64,000 bases of DNA from Armatimonadota bacterium (GTDB lineage: Bacteria; Armatimonadota; UBA10988): the NCBI GenBank assembly GCA_016235455.1, contig JACRKZ010000130.1:16242-80241 (forward strand), written 5' to 3'. Below the pieces are notes generated by a model, which saw only the letters and a list, made by a program, of their open reading frames with translations, ran no database searches and was not told where the DNA came from. Of the stretch, positions 38,686 to 48,119 are shown piece by piece (position 1 is the first letter of the stretch; every line of letters starts with the position of its first letter). The position numbers and the translations under genes are program-made.

Positions 38686-39518
38686 GGCGCCCAGCCTCGC
38701 ACGATGGCATCGCTCATGCGGGCCACGCGTGCCATGGCGCGCACATCATGGACTCTGACGACATCGGCGCCACCGGCAATGGCCAGTGCCACGGCGGCCG
38801 CCGTTCCTTCCAGTCGGTCGTTGGCCTCGACGCCCAGCACCTCGCCGATGAACCGCTTGCGCGACACGCCGATCAGGATCGGGGCGCCCAGTTCGCGTAG
38901 CTCGCCCAGCCGCCGCAGCAGTTCCAGGTTGTGCGGAGTCAGCTTGGCGAAGCCAATGCCGGGGTCGACCAGGCACTGACCGCGCTCGATGCCGGCGGAC
39001 ACAGCCGCGGCCAGGCAACCGGCCAACGCTGTCCGCACTTGCTCTACCACATCCTCGTAATGCGCGAGTGACTGCATTGTGTCAGGCGTGCCGCGCATAT
39101 GCTGCAACACCACCGGCACGCCGGCTCGCGCCACGACTCCCGCCAGGGCGGGATCGTTGGTCAGGCCAGACACGTCGTTGACCAGATGTGCGCCGGCCGA
39201 CAGCGCCGCCGAGGCCACCTCGGCCCAGCGCGTGTCCACCGACAGCGGTGCAGGCACCTCGCGCGCCAGCGCCGCGACCACGGGGCAGACGCGGTTGATC
39301 TCCTCCTGGCGGCTGATGGCCACCGCGCCGGGCCGGGTCGACTCGCCGCCGATATCGAGCCAGTCGGCGCCGTCTGCCACCATGGCTCGGCCCTGGGCCA
39401 CGGCGCGCGCCACATCGCCGCCCGTGCCGTCGCCCGAGAACGAGTCGGGCGTGACGTTCACGATGCCCATGACCAGCGTGCGCTGGCCAAAGGCGATCTC
39501 CTGGCTGGCGAGTTTCAT
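38682..39518 (-). CDS. folP: Dihydropteroate synthase
   Basis: MGIVNVTPDSFSGDG, DIGGESTRPG, DPGIGFAK, GVSRKRFIG, RVHDV. Confidence 0.97.
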   Translation of the reverse strand: MKLASQEIAFGQRTLVMGIVNVTPDSFSGDGTGGDVARAVAQGRAMVADGADWLDIGGESTRPGAVAISRQEEINRVCPVVAALAREVPAPLSVDTRWAEVASAALSAGAHLVNDVSGLTNDPALAGVVARAGVPVVLQHMRGTPDTMQSLAHYEDVVEQVRTALAGCLAAAVSAGIERGQCLVDPGIGFAKLTPHNLELLRRLGELRELGAPILIGVSRKRFIGEVLGVEANDRLEGTAAAVALAIAGGADVVRVHDVRAMARVARMSDAIVRGWAP

Positions 39519-39534
39519 CGGACCGAGCCCGATC

Positions 39535-39634
39535 TGGGAGCGCCAAGCTCCAGTGTGGCATTTGCGGAGTCGGCCCTGGCGTCGCGGACCGGTCGCCGTG
39601 GTGACGTGGGCCAAGCTGGAGCTTGGCGCTCCCA
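39535..39634. repeat. Inverted REP-like doublet TGGGAGCGCCAAGCTCCAG
   Basis: 19-bp perfect arms (25 bp imperfect) enclosing ~50 bp, just upstream of folP. Confidence 0.8.
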
Positions 39635-39651
39635 CAGTGAGCTCACGGCCA

Positions 39652-41553
39652 TCACTTCCCCTCCACCAGTAGCGCCACCGCGCCGTTGGTCGGCAGTTCG
39701 ACCGCCTCGCCGGTCCAGGTGGCCTGGCCACTGAGCCGCCGCACCGTCCGGCCCGCGGGCAGCGTCCAGCCGACCCGGCCGGGCTGGTCGGCGCCGTTGG
39801 CGGCGATGACCAGCGTCTGCCCTTCGCGCTGCCAGGTGCGGGCATAGACGGTCTTGAGATTGCTCGGGGCGAGCTTCAGGTCGGGTGCGGGCTCGGTGGA
39901 CAGCAGCCACGGCATGAGGTTGTTGACCTCGTCGGCCACGATGCACAGGTCCTGCCAGCGCGGCGCGAAACCGCCCGGGTCGCGCTGCAGATCGAACCAC
40001 GAGTAGAAGATCAGGCCCTGGGCGCCGGCCGCCAGGCGCTGGTAGGTCATCGTCCGCTCTTCTTGGAGCGTCGGCGGATGGGGCTTGGCGTCCTTCTTGT
40101 AGACGCTCCAGTCGTGGGCCTGCGGCACCTGCCAGATCGGCCCCCACGGGCCCTTGGCGGCGGCGGTCAGCGTGGTCCACTGCCCCGCCATGGCCGCCGG
40201 CGCGTCCGGGATGGGGTAGGGATCACTGCCCAGCACGTCCGCCGTGTCGACATACTGCTCCATCTGATTGACCTGATAGAGCACCGACCAGGTCGGATGG
40301 CTGGGGTCGAGCGTGGCCACGCGGCGGTAGCGCGCCGCCAGCGTGTCGTGCATGGCCACCGGCAGTTCGTCGTTCAGGTACCAGGCCAGCAGCGCGGGAT
40401 GGTCGCGGAACGTGGTCACATAGTGCTCGGCCCGCGCGTCGGCCTCGGCCGGCGCGGTGATCTCCTTGGGTGACCACTCGGTCCCATGGTAGAGGTCCTT
40501 GATCGAGAAGATGATCTTGAGCCTGGCCGCCGCCACGGCATCGAGTCGTGCCTTCACCCCGGCATCGCCGCCATCGGTGCTGCCATAGGGCATGATGGTG
40601 TTGAACCCGCCCGCGGCGATGCGCGCCAGATCCTCGGGCTTGACCCCGCCCAGATAGAGGCCCAGCGGGAAGAACCGCTTGCCGGCCACGCGGCAGTAGC
40701 CGTCGTCGTCGATATCCACGGCCAACGGCGGGTCCTTGGGGTCGTAGACGTTCAGCGGCGCGTCCCACGCGGCCAGTTGGCTGCCGTCGTTCTTGGCCAG
40801 CAGGCGCAGCCGCAGCTCGTGGTAGCCCTTGTCGAGCTTGCCCAGCGGCAGCTTCATCGTGACCTTGGGGCCGGTGGGCACCAGGTCGACCGTGCGCAGG
40901 TTGCGATCGGCCACGGCCAGCGACAGCTTGAGCTGCGTGTCGGCCGGTGTGCGGTCGCCGGCCAGGTTGCGCCCGACCCGCACGCGCACCACAGCGTCCG
41001 GCAGGTCGGTGCCGGCGGGCACGCGGCCGCGGTAGTTGGGCCGTTCGAGGTAGGCGCTCAGCGGCGGCGGCAGCACCTCGATCACCTCGACATCGTCGAA
41101 CCAGGCGGTGCCGGTGCAGCCCTTGCGCAGGTAGAGGGTGAGGTGCGACGCCGTGGCCTCGTCCGGCAGCGTGATGTCGCCAACCACCTGGAACCAGTCC
41201 GCGTCGCCCTTGCGGCCGCTGGGGTAGGCGCCGCCGAGCCAACCTTTGGGGCCGTCGAACTCGATGCAGGTAGTGGCGCCGCTCTCCTCGCCGGTCACGC
41301 CCTGGGTTCTGACCCACACGCTGAAGCGGTACAAGCGGCCGGGCACCAGCGGCAGGGGATAGGTGGCCATCGGGTAGGCCGCCGCGTCGGCGTTGTGGAA
41401 CTTGAGGCTGCGCTGGTCGCCATGGCCGACGGTCGTGTCGAGTGTGACCTGGCGCGGCAGGTTCCAGCCGGTGGGATCGGCGGCGAAGTTGGCGTTGGGC
41501 ACCAGGTTGACCGGCGCGGCAAAAAGCGTCAGGGCCAGCAGCAACGAGGACAT
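39652..41553 (-). CDS. Secreted protein: CBM4/9-like domain + glycoside-hydrolase-like TIM barrel
   Basis: Signal peptide, NLVPNANF...AWFDDVEV, FFPLGLY, AGGFNTIMPY, LAWYLNDE, GSDPYPI. Confidence 0.75.
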   Translation of the reverse strand: MSSLLLALTLFAAPVNLVPNANFAADPTGWNLPRQVTLDTTVGHGDQRSLKFHNADAAAYPMATYPLPLVPGRLYRFSVWVRTQGVTGEESGATTCIEFDGPKGWLGGAYPSGRKGDADWFQVVGDITLPDEATASHLTLYLRKGCTGTAWFDDVEVIEVLPPPLSAYLERPNYRGRVPAGTDLPDAVVRVRVGRNLAGDRTPADTQLKLSLAVADRNLRTVDLVPTGPKVTMKLPLGKLDKGYHELRLRLLAKNDGSQLAAWDAPLNVYDPKDPPLAVDIDDDGYCRVAGKRFFPLGLYLGGVKPEDLARIAAGGFNTIMPYGSTDGGDAGVKARLDAVAAARLKIIFSIKDLYHGTEWSPKEITAPAEADARAEHYVTTFRDHPALLAWYLNDELPVAMHDTLAARYRRVATLDPSHPTWSVLYQVNQMEQYVDTADVLGSDPYPIPDAPAAMAGQWTTLTAAAKGPWGPIWQVPQAHDWSVYKKDAKPHPPTLQEERTMTYQRLAAGAQGLIFYSWFDLQRDPGGFAPRWQDLCIVADEVNNLMPWLLSTEPAPDLKLAPSNLKTVYARTWQREGQTLVIAANGADQPGRVGWTLPAGRTVRRLSGQATWTGEAVELPTNGAVALLVEGK

Positions 41554-41594
41554 CAGCGTCTCCGCGACCGCGCGCGGCGACGCCGCTGTCGGGC

Positions 41595-41963
41595 CTACTT
41601 CGACGGCGCGCTGGTCGTGGAGTCGCTCTTCGCCGTGGACGTGCCAGTGTCCTTGGCCGTGCTCGAACTTGCGGTGCTGTCGCTGCTGCCGGAGCCGGCG
41701 CTGCTGCTGCTTTCGCTGCTGCTGCTACTGCTCTCGCCGGAGCCCTCGGCCGGCGCCGCGGGCTTGGTGGCGCCATTCTTCGAACTCGACTTGTAGTCGT
41801 TGACATGCCAGCCGCTGCCCTTGAACACCAGGGCGGCGGCATGAAAGACCTTGCGCACGTTCTCGCTGCCACAGTCGGGGCAGTCGGGCTGTGGAGCTTT
41901 CCACTCCATGCGCGTCTCCCAACCATGGTCGCAGTCGCGGCAGCGGAACTCGTACAGCGGCAT
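41595..41963 (-). CDS. FmdB-family zinc-ribbon protein
   Basis: MPLYEFRCRDC...CPDCG...FKGSGWHVNDY plus a Ser-rich tail; TATAAT upstream. Confidence 0.92.
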   Translation of the reverse strand: MPLYEFRCRDCDHGWETRMEWKAPQPDCPDCGSENVRKVFHAAALVFKGSGWHVNDYKSSSKNGATKPAAPAEGSGESSSSSSESSSSAGSGSSDSTASSSTAKDTGTSTAKSDSTTSAPSK

Positions 41964-42071
41964 CGTCCTAACCTCTGGCCCTCGATTATAGGCCCGGAGT
42001 CGCTACATAACGCGCGCCTTTACAAGGTCTTTACCGCCAACCGCATGGTATCCTGGCGGCGAGGTGCACCG

Positions 42072-42902
42072 ATGACGGTCGAGCAGCGCTGGGTTGAGAT
42101 CGAAGGCATACGGCTGCGGCTGTCGCATCCCGATGAGGTGCCGCTGACCTGGGTGGGCAACGACGACCTGTTGCGCCAGCTGCTGGCAGCCTGGCTGGTC
42201 ATCGATCCCGCCGACGTGCCGCTCAATCCGCGTCTCATCGGCAAACCCGGCGTGGGCAAGACCACGCTGGCCTACGCCGCGGCCAAGCGCCTGGGCCGGC
42301 CAGTGTACATTTTCCAGGCTACCGTCGACACGCGGCCCGAGGATCTGCTGGTCACGCCGGTCATCGGCGGCGCGGGCGAACTGGTCTACGTGGCCAGCCC
42401 GCTGGTCAGCGCCATGCTCGCCGGCGGCGTGTGCGTGCTCGACGAGGGCAACCGCATGAGCGAGAAGTCGTGGGCCAGCCTGGCCCCGCTGCTCGACCGG
42501 CGGCGCTATGTCGAAAGCATCGTGGCCGGCATCAAGATCCCCGCGCACGACGACTTCCGCATTGTCGCCACCATGAACGACGACGCCAGCACGTTCGAGA
42601 TCCCCGAGTACATCCACTCGCGCCTGCAGCCGCAGATCCTCATCGACTTCCCCGAGCGCGAGGACGAGCTGGCCATTCTGGCCGAGAACCTGCCGTTTGC
42701 CGACGGCGGGCTGCTGGACTACGTGGCCGACTTCCTGCAGCGTGCCCACGGCCGCGACGAGCGCTACACCGTGCGCGACGGCATCAACATCGCGCGCTAC
42801 GTGCTCAAGCTCGGGGCGCAAGCGCCGGGCGACCTGGCCGAGCGCCTGACCTTGGCTGTGCGGCAGACGCTGGGTGACGAGGGCCTGGCCTACCTCGAAT
42901 AG
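42072..42902 (+). CDS. MoxR/CbbQ-type AAA+ ATPase
   Basis: GKPGVGKTT, VLDEGNR, FRIVATMN. GAGGTG RBS. Confidence 0.9.
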   Translation: MTVEQRWVEIEGIRLRLSHPDEVPLTWVGNDDLLRQLLAAWLVIDPADVPLNPRLIGKPGVGKTTLAYAAAKRLGRPVYIFQATVDTRPEDLLVTPVIGGAGELVYVASPLVSAMLAGGVCVLDEGNRMSEKSWASLAPLLDRRRYVESIVAGIKIPAHDDFRIVATMNDDASTFEIPEYIHSRLQPQILIDFPEREDELAILAENLPFADGGLLDYVADFLQRAHGRDERYTVRDGINIARYVLKLGAQAPGDLAERLTLAVRQTLGDEGLAYLE

Positions 42903-42979
42903 GATAGGTCAAGCAACTCGCGGCAATCGGCCATGGCGGCGCGCTCTCGCAGCGGGTACGCTCGTGGTCGGAGTAGCCC

Positions 42980-45376
42980 ATGAAACGCCTCGCCCTGGTC
43001 GTCGCGCTGGCTGTCCGCGCCGTCTGCGCGCAGCCCGCCACGCTGACTGTCGATGTCGCCCAACCCGGCCATGCCGTCAGCCCCATGCTGTGGGGCGTCT
43101 TCTTCGAGGACATCAACTGCTCGGCCGACGGCGGCATCTACGCCGAGCTGGTGCGCAACCGCTCGTTCGAGGACGCCGACCAGCCGCGCTGGTGGTCGCT
43201 TCTCGATCGCGGCGGCAAGGGCGCGATGAGCGTGTCGCTCGAACAGCCGATGAACCCCGACCTGCTGTCCACGCGCAACCGCCGCAGCCTCAAGTTGGCA
43301 GCCGAGGCGCCGCCGCTGACGGTGGCCAACGACGGGTTCTGGGGCATGGGCCTGCGCCAGGGCGCCAAGTACAAGCTCTCGCTCTGGGCGCGTGGCGCCG
43401 AGGGCTACGCCGAGCCGCTGAGCGTGGCGCTGGAGAGTGCCGACGGCAAGCCGCTGGCCCAGGCCAAGACCGGCGCGCTGACCGCTGCCTGGAAGCAGTA
43501 TCAGCTCACGCTGACCAGCAGTGCGACCGACGCCAAGGGCCGGCTGACGCTCAGCCTGTCCAAGGCGGGCACGGTCTTTGTGGATATGGTGTCCATGTTC
43601 CCCGCCGACACCTACCGGGGCGGCCTGCTGCGGCCTGACATGATGACCATGTTGGCCGAGCTCAAGCCGGCGTTCGTGCGCTTCCCCGGCGGCTGCTGGG
43701 TGGAGGGCGACACCATGCAGCACGCCTACCGCTGGAAGGACACCATCGGTGACCCGTCGCTGCGGCGCACGCAGCACAACATCTGGAACTACGAGGCGAC
43801 GCACGGGCTGGGTTACCACGAGTACCTGCTGATGTGCGAGCAGCTCGGCGCGGAGCCGGTGTTCTGCATCAATGTCGGCATGTCGCACCGCGAGAACGTG
43901 CCCATGGACCAGCTCGGCCCGTACGTGCAGGATGCGCTGGACGCCGTCGAGTATGCCAACGCCCCGGCGAGCAGCCGCTACGGCGCCCTGCGCGCCAAGG
44001 CGGGTCATCCGGCGCCGTTCGCGCTCAAGTATCTGGAGATTGGCAATGAGAACGGGGGCCCGGCCTACGAGGAGCGGTACGCGGTGTTCGCCGCCGCGCT
44101 GCGGGCCAAGTACCCCGACCTGCACCTGATCAGCAACATCGTCACCAAGAACCCGCCCAGCGAGATCAACGACGAGCACTACTACGCCACGCCTGAGTTC
44201 TTCGCGCGCCGGTCGAGCATGTACGACGGCTACGACCGCAGCCAGCACCAGGTGTTCGTGGGCGAGTATGCCGTGACCCAGGGCACGACGCACTACGGCT
44301 CGATCAAGGGCGCCGTGGGCGAAGCGGCGTTCATGACCGGTCTGGAACGCAACTCCGACGTGGTCCACATGGCCTCGTATGCACCGCTGTTCTGCAATCC
44401 CGACCACACGAACAACTGGTGGCCGAACCTCATCTACCACAACTCGGCGGCGGTCTTCGGCCAGCCGAGCTACTGGGTGCAGTACCTGTTCAGCCGCAAC
44501 CGCGGCGACGTCGTGCTGCCGGTCGAGCTGGCGTCGCCGGCCGCGCCGGCACCGGTCCGCCGCGGCGGCATCGGGCTGGGCTCCTGGGCCACGGCCGTCG
44601 AGTACAAGGACATCCAGGTCACGCGCGACGGTCAGACGCTGTACTCCAGTGCGGACCTCAAGGACCTGAACGGCTGGCGGCGCGAGGGTCGGAGCGACAT
44701 CGCGCCGAAATGGGCGGTGCGCGACGGCGCGATCGTTCAGACCGAGGCGGGCGCCACCGATGCGCGACTGGTCTTCGGCGACCCCGCCTGGACCGACTAC
44801 ACGCTCACGCTCAAGGCGCGCAAGACCGCTGGCGACGAGGGCTTCCTCATCCTCTTCGACCATCAGGATACGGGCAACTGGACCTGGTGGAACCTGGGCG
44901 GTTGGGGCAACAAGCAGCACGGCATCGAAGTGTCCGAGGGCGGCAAGGACCAGGTGGCGCAGGTGCCCGGCAGCATCGAGACCGGCCGCTGGTACGATAT
45001 CCGCGTGGCGACCAAGGGTCAGAACATCAAGCTTTACCTGGACGGCAAGCTGGTGCACGACTACACGTTCCGCGGCGCGGTGCCGGGCCTGCATGTCTCG
45101 GCCGTCAGCGACAAGGCCTCGGGCGACGTGATCGTCAAGGTGGCCAACGTGGCGCCGACGGCCATCGTCACGCAGGTCAAGCTGGCTGGTAAGGTCGCCG
45201 AGAACGGCACGGTGCAGGTCACCACGCTGAGCGGCGACGGCGCCGACGATGCCAACTCGTTTGCCGAGCCGCTCAAGGTGGCGCCCCGCCGGAGCACGGC
45301 CAAGCTGGCTGGCGCGGTGCTCGACTACACCTTCCCCGGCACGTCGGTGACGGTGCTGCGGGTCCCAACGAGATAG
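42980..45376 (+). CDS. Alpha-L-arabinofuranosidase (GH51), secreted
   Basis: FFEDIN..DGGIYAELVRNRSFE, RFPGGC, EIGNEN, DEHYY, VGEYA, GLERNSDVV.MASYAPL. Confidence 0.95.
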   Translation: MKRLALVVALAVRAVCAQPATLTVDVAQPGHAVSPMLWGVFFEDINCSADGGIYAELVRNRSFEDADQPRWWSLLDRGGKGAMSVSLEQPMNPDLLSTRNRRSLKLAAEAPPLTVANDGFWGMGLRQGAKYKLSLWARGAEGYAEPLSVALESADGKPLAQAKTGALTAAWKQYQLTLTSSATDAKGRLTLSLSKAGTVFVDMVSMFPADTYRGGLLRPDMMTMLAELKPAFVRFPGGCWVEGDTMQHAYRWKDTIGDPSLRRTQHNIWNYEATHGLGYHEYLLMCEQLGAEPVFCINVGMSHRENVPMDQLGPYVQDALDAVEYANAPASSRYGALRAKAGHPAPFALKYLEIGNENGGPAYEERYAVFAAALRAKYPDLHLISNIVTKNPPSEINDEHYYATPEFFARRSSMYDGYDRSQHQVFVGEYAVTQGTTHYGSIKGAVGEAAFMTGLERNSDVVHMASYAPLFCNPDHTNNWWPNLIYHNSAAVFGQPSYWVQYLFSRNRGDVVLPVELASPAAPAPVRRGGIGLGSWATAVEYKDIQVTRDGQTLYSSADLKDLNGWRREGRSDIAPKWAVRDGAIVQTEAGATDARLVFGDPAWTDYTLTLKARKTAGDEGFLILFDHQDTGNWTWWNLGGWGNKQHGIEVSEGGKDQVAQVPGSIETGRWYDIRVATKGQNIKLYLDGKLVHDYTFRGAVPGLHVSAVSDKASGDVIVKVANVAPTAIVTQVKLAGKVAENGTVQVTTLSGDGADDANSFAEPLKVAPRRSTAKLAGAVLDYTFPGTSVTVLRVPTR

Positions 45377-45378
45377 AA

Positions 45379-45449
45379 GACCCACGGATCACGCAGATTG
45401 CACAGATGGACGGGCCTCTCATCTGTGCAATCCGCGTGATCCGTGGGTC
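45379..45449. repeat. Palindrome built of ~9-bp C(A/G)C(A/G)GAT units
   Basis: 30-bp arms with 1 mismatch: GACCCACGGATCACGCAGATTGCACAGATG ... CATCTGTGCAATCCGCGTGATCCGTGGGTC, between convergent genes. Confidence 0.85.
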
Positions 45450-45466
45450 ATTGGCGCGATCTGGTA

Positions 45467-46882
45467 TCAGACGCGCACGGGCGCGAGCAGCTCCAGGAGT
45501 TCGGTGGCCTTGTCCATCGGCAACTGAGTGTCGCCGCGGCTCTCGATGTTGAGCCGCATCTGGCCGGCCTCGGTGTCGCTCTCGCGCAGGTTCATGCGCC
45601 AGGCGTCGAAGGTCAGCGAGATACCGTCGAAGCGGTCGACGTCAGCCTCGGCCACGTCCAGGTGCTCGATGACCATGGCAAACGCACGCTCCGCGTCGTT
45701 GACGGCGAAGCTGCGTTCGCCGCTGCACGGGTACTTGGCCACGCTGGCCCGCACACGCTCCGAGAGCTTGACGCCGGAGGTGGCCAGCAGCGACGCCACC
45801 AGCAGCCAGGGCACCATGCCGCTGTCGCAGTAGCCGAAGTCGCGGAAGTAGTGGTGCGCCGACATCTCGCCGCCGTAGAGCACGTCTTCGGCGACCATCA
45901 GTTCCTTGATGCGGGCGTGACCGGTGCGCGAGCGCACGGCCTGGCCGCCGGCGGCCTCCACCATTTCCTGCGTGTTCCAGATCAGCCGCGGGTCGTGGAT
46001 GATCTTGGCGCCCGGATAGAGCTTGAGCAACTGCGTGGCCAGCAGGCCGACCACGTAGTAGCCGTCGATGAACTCGCCGGTCTCGTCGAAGAAGAAGCAG
46101 CGGTCGTAGTCGCCGTCCCAGGCCACGCCGAAGTCGGCGCCGCTGTCCAGGATGGCCTGGCGCGTGGCGGCGTTGCTCTTCTGGTTCTTCAGCGGATTGG
46201 GCACGTCATTGGGGAAGTTGCCGTCAGGCTCGAAGAAGACCTTGACGAACTCGAACGGCAGGTGCGGCTCCAGTTCGTTGATGATCAGCCCGGCGCCGCC
46301 GTTGCCGGCGTTGGCGACGATCTTGAGCCGGCGGCCGTGCTCGCGTTCGAAAGCTTCCAGGTCGACCCCGCGCACGAAGTCGAGCAGCTTGCTCAGGTAG
46401 CTGGGCACGGCGTTCCAGCACTGGCTGCGGCCCGGATGCACGGCGGTCTTGAGCTTCCGCAGGCGCACCTTCTCCTCGATGGCCAGCAGGCCGGCCTCGC
46501 GGGTCAGTGCCTTGACCGCGTGGCGGCGCTCGTCCCAGGCCACCAGCTTCATGCCGTTGTCGTTCTTGGGATTGTGGCTGGCGGTGACCATGATGGCACC
46601 GCCCAGACCCGGCTGCGCGCAGGCGAAGTAGGCGAACTCGGTGCCGCAGAGGCCCATCTCGCGCGTGTCGACGCCACCGGCATTGAGGCCGCTGACCACC
46701 GCGCGCGCAATGCTCGGGCTCGACAGGCGGATGTCATAGCCCACGGCCACCGGCCCTTGCGGGCGTACCACCTCGGCATAGGCCAGGCCGATGCGGTAAG
46801 CCTCGCCCACGTCCCAGTCGGTCGGCACTTCGCCGCGCACGTCATATGCCTTGAGCCAGGGCAGCAGCTTGCTCTTACCCAT
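45467..46882 (-). CDS. manB: Phosphomannomutase/phosphoglucomutase
   Basis: KAYDVRG, TASHNP, DGDYDR, GEMSAH. Confidence 0.93.
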   Translation of the reverse strand: MGKSKLLPWLKAYDVRGEVPTDWDVGEAYRIGLAYAEVVRPQGPVAVGYDIRLSSPSIARAVVSGLNAGGVDTREMGLCGTEFAYFACAQPGLGGAIMVTASHNPKNDNGMKLVAWDERRHAVKALTREAGLLAIEEKVRLRKLKTAVHPGRSQCWNAVPSYLSKLLDFVRGVDLEAFEREHGRRLKIVANAGNGGAGLIINELEPHLPFEFVKVFFEPDGNFPNDVPNPLKNQKSNAATRQAILDSGADFGVAWDGDYDRCFFFDETGEFIDGYYVVGLLATQLLKLYPGAKIIHDPRLIWNTQEMVEAAGGQAVRSRTGHARIKELMVAEDVLYGGEMSAHHYFRDFGYCDSGMVPWLLVASLLATSGVKLSERVRASVAKYPCSGERSFAVNDAERAFAMVIEHLDVAEADVDRFDGISLTFDAWRMNLRESDTEAGQMRLNIESRGDTQLPMDKATELLELLAPVRV

Positions 46883-46897
46883 GTGTTGGTTCCTTCC

Positions 46898-47878
46898 TCA
46901 GTCGACCAAACGCACGCCACCGGCGCCCGCCAAGACGGCGACCAGGGCGCCTAGCGGCTCCATCTCGACGCGGCCGAGCCGCGCCGGCAACAGGACGGTG
47001 TCACCGGGATCCAAGCGCAGGCGCCCGCCTTCCCAGTTGAGCAGGCCCGAGCCTTCCAGCACGGTCATCACCTGTACCGACCGCTCATCGATGTCCCACC
47101 CCAGGTCGGACTCGGCGGCGATGCGCTCCAGCCGGTAGGCCGGCACATCCACGAGCAGTTCCCACACACCCCAGTCGGTCTCGAAGCCCACCGGCTGCAC
47201 CAACGGCTCCGCGGGCGACACGACCTGCACCACGCGCCGCGCCTCGTCGATATGCACTTGCCGGCCGCGACCGTAGTCGTGGATGCGGAACGTCGTGTCG
47301 CTCGGCTCCTGCACCTCCAGCACCGCCACGCCCCGGCCCAGCGCATGGACCATGCCCGGCGCGACGCGCAGCACGTCGCCCGCATGGACGGCCAGCGGAG
47401 CCAGCAGCCCGGCGATGGAGTCGTCGTCCAGCGAGCGCTCGAACTGCGCCTGGGTCACTCCGGGTTTGAACCCGAACTGCACCACGGCGCCCGGCGCCGC
47501 GTCGACCACGACCCAGGACTCATCCTTACTATGACAGCCAGCGAACCACTTGTCGCAGTCGTCGGCGGAGGGGTGGACCTGCACGCTGAGGTCGTCGTTG
47601 GCGTCCAGCAGCTTGACCAGCAGCGGGAACCGGCCCGCCGGCCAGGCCGTGCCGATCAGTTCGGCCCCGAGCGTGGCCACCACGTCGGTCAGGCTCTGGC
47701 CCTCGAGTGAGCCATTGGCGATGCGGCTGGCGCCTTCGGGCAGGTCGGCCACCTCCCAGGACTCGCCGATGGGCAGGTTCGCGGGCAGCGGCTTGTCGTA
47801 CAGCCGCGCCAGGCGGCGCCCACCCCACACGCGTTCCTTGTAGATAGGCCGGCACAACAGCGGGTACAACTCGGACAT
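46898..47878 (-). CDS. manA: Mannose-6-phosphate isomerase, class I
   Basis: VWGG, IGESWEV, LLVKLLDANDDLSVQVHP, KDESW, HALG, EVQEPSDTTFRIHDYGR. Confidence 0.92.
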   Translation of the reverse strand: MSELYPLLCRPIYKERVWGGRRLARLYDKPLPANLPIGESWEVADLPEGASRIANGSLEGQSLTDVVATLGAELIGTAWPAGRFPLLVKLLDANDDLSVQVHPSADDCDKWFAGCHSKDESWVVVDAAPGAVVQFGFKPGVTQAQFERSLDDDSIAGLLAPLAVHAGDVLRVAPGMVHALGRGVAVLEVQEPSDTTFRIHDYGRGRQVHIDEARRVVQVVSPAEPLVQPVGFETDWGVWELLVDVPAYRLERIAAESDLGWDIDERSVQVMTVLEGSGLLNWEGGRLRLDPGDTVLLPARLGRVEMEPLGALVAVLAGAGGVRLVD

Positions 47879-47956
47879 GGTCGCCTCTCGTCAGCGGCAT
47901 GGTAACTGTCGGCGTTGTTAGCGGCAAGCAGTGCGGGGTGCTCGGCTGTGCCTCGC

Positions 47957-47984
47957 GGCGTGGGGCGTGGGGCGTGAGGCGCAG
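47957..47984. repeat. Tandem heptamer GGCGTGG-like x4
   Basis: GGCGTGG GGCGTGG GGCGTGA GGCGCAG; same unit as 6611-6710. Confidence 0.6.
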
Positions 47985-48054
47985 GGGCTGGCGCGTTACG
48001 CGCGCGGCCGGATTTGGGCGGGTGACCAATGCTCGCCCACGCTGCACGCTCCCT

Positions 48055-48083
48055 TTGACGCCGCCTCCCGTGCGTGCTAGCAT
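48055..48083 (+). promoter_or_regulatory. Putative sigma-70 promoter
   Basis: TTGACG-N17-TAGCAT with TG extension, upstream of 48120. Confidence 0.55.
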
Positions 48084-48119
48084 GAGAGCGCTCTGTGAAG
48101 TGCGTCTGGGAGCCGACGA

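Noticed and set aside
41640-41760. CTG/GCT-rich low-complexity tract
   Set aside because: Encodes the Ser-rich disordered tail usual in FmdB-family proteins.
42890-45385. Long antisense ORFs (831 aa here; also 4241-6382, 10269-12284, 17461-19131, 24967-26742, 56279-58549)
   Set aside because: Each mirrors a well-supported gene on the other strand, which is typical of ~70% GC DNA.
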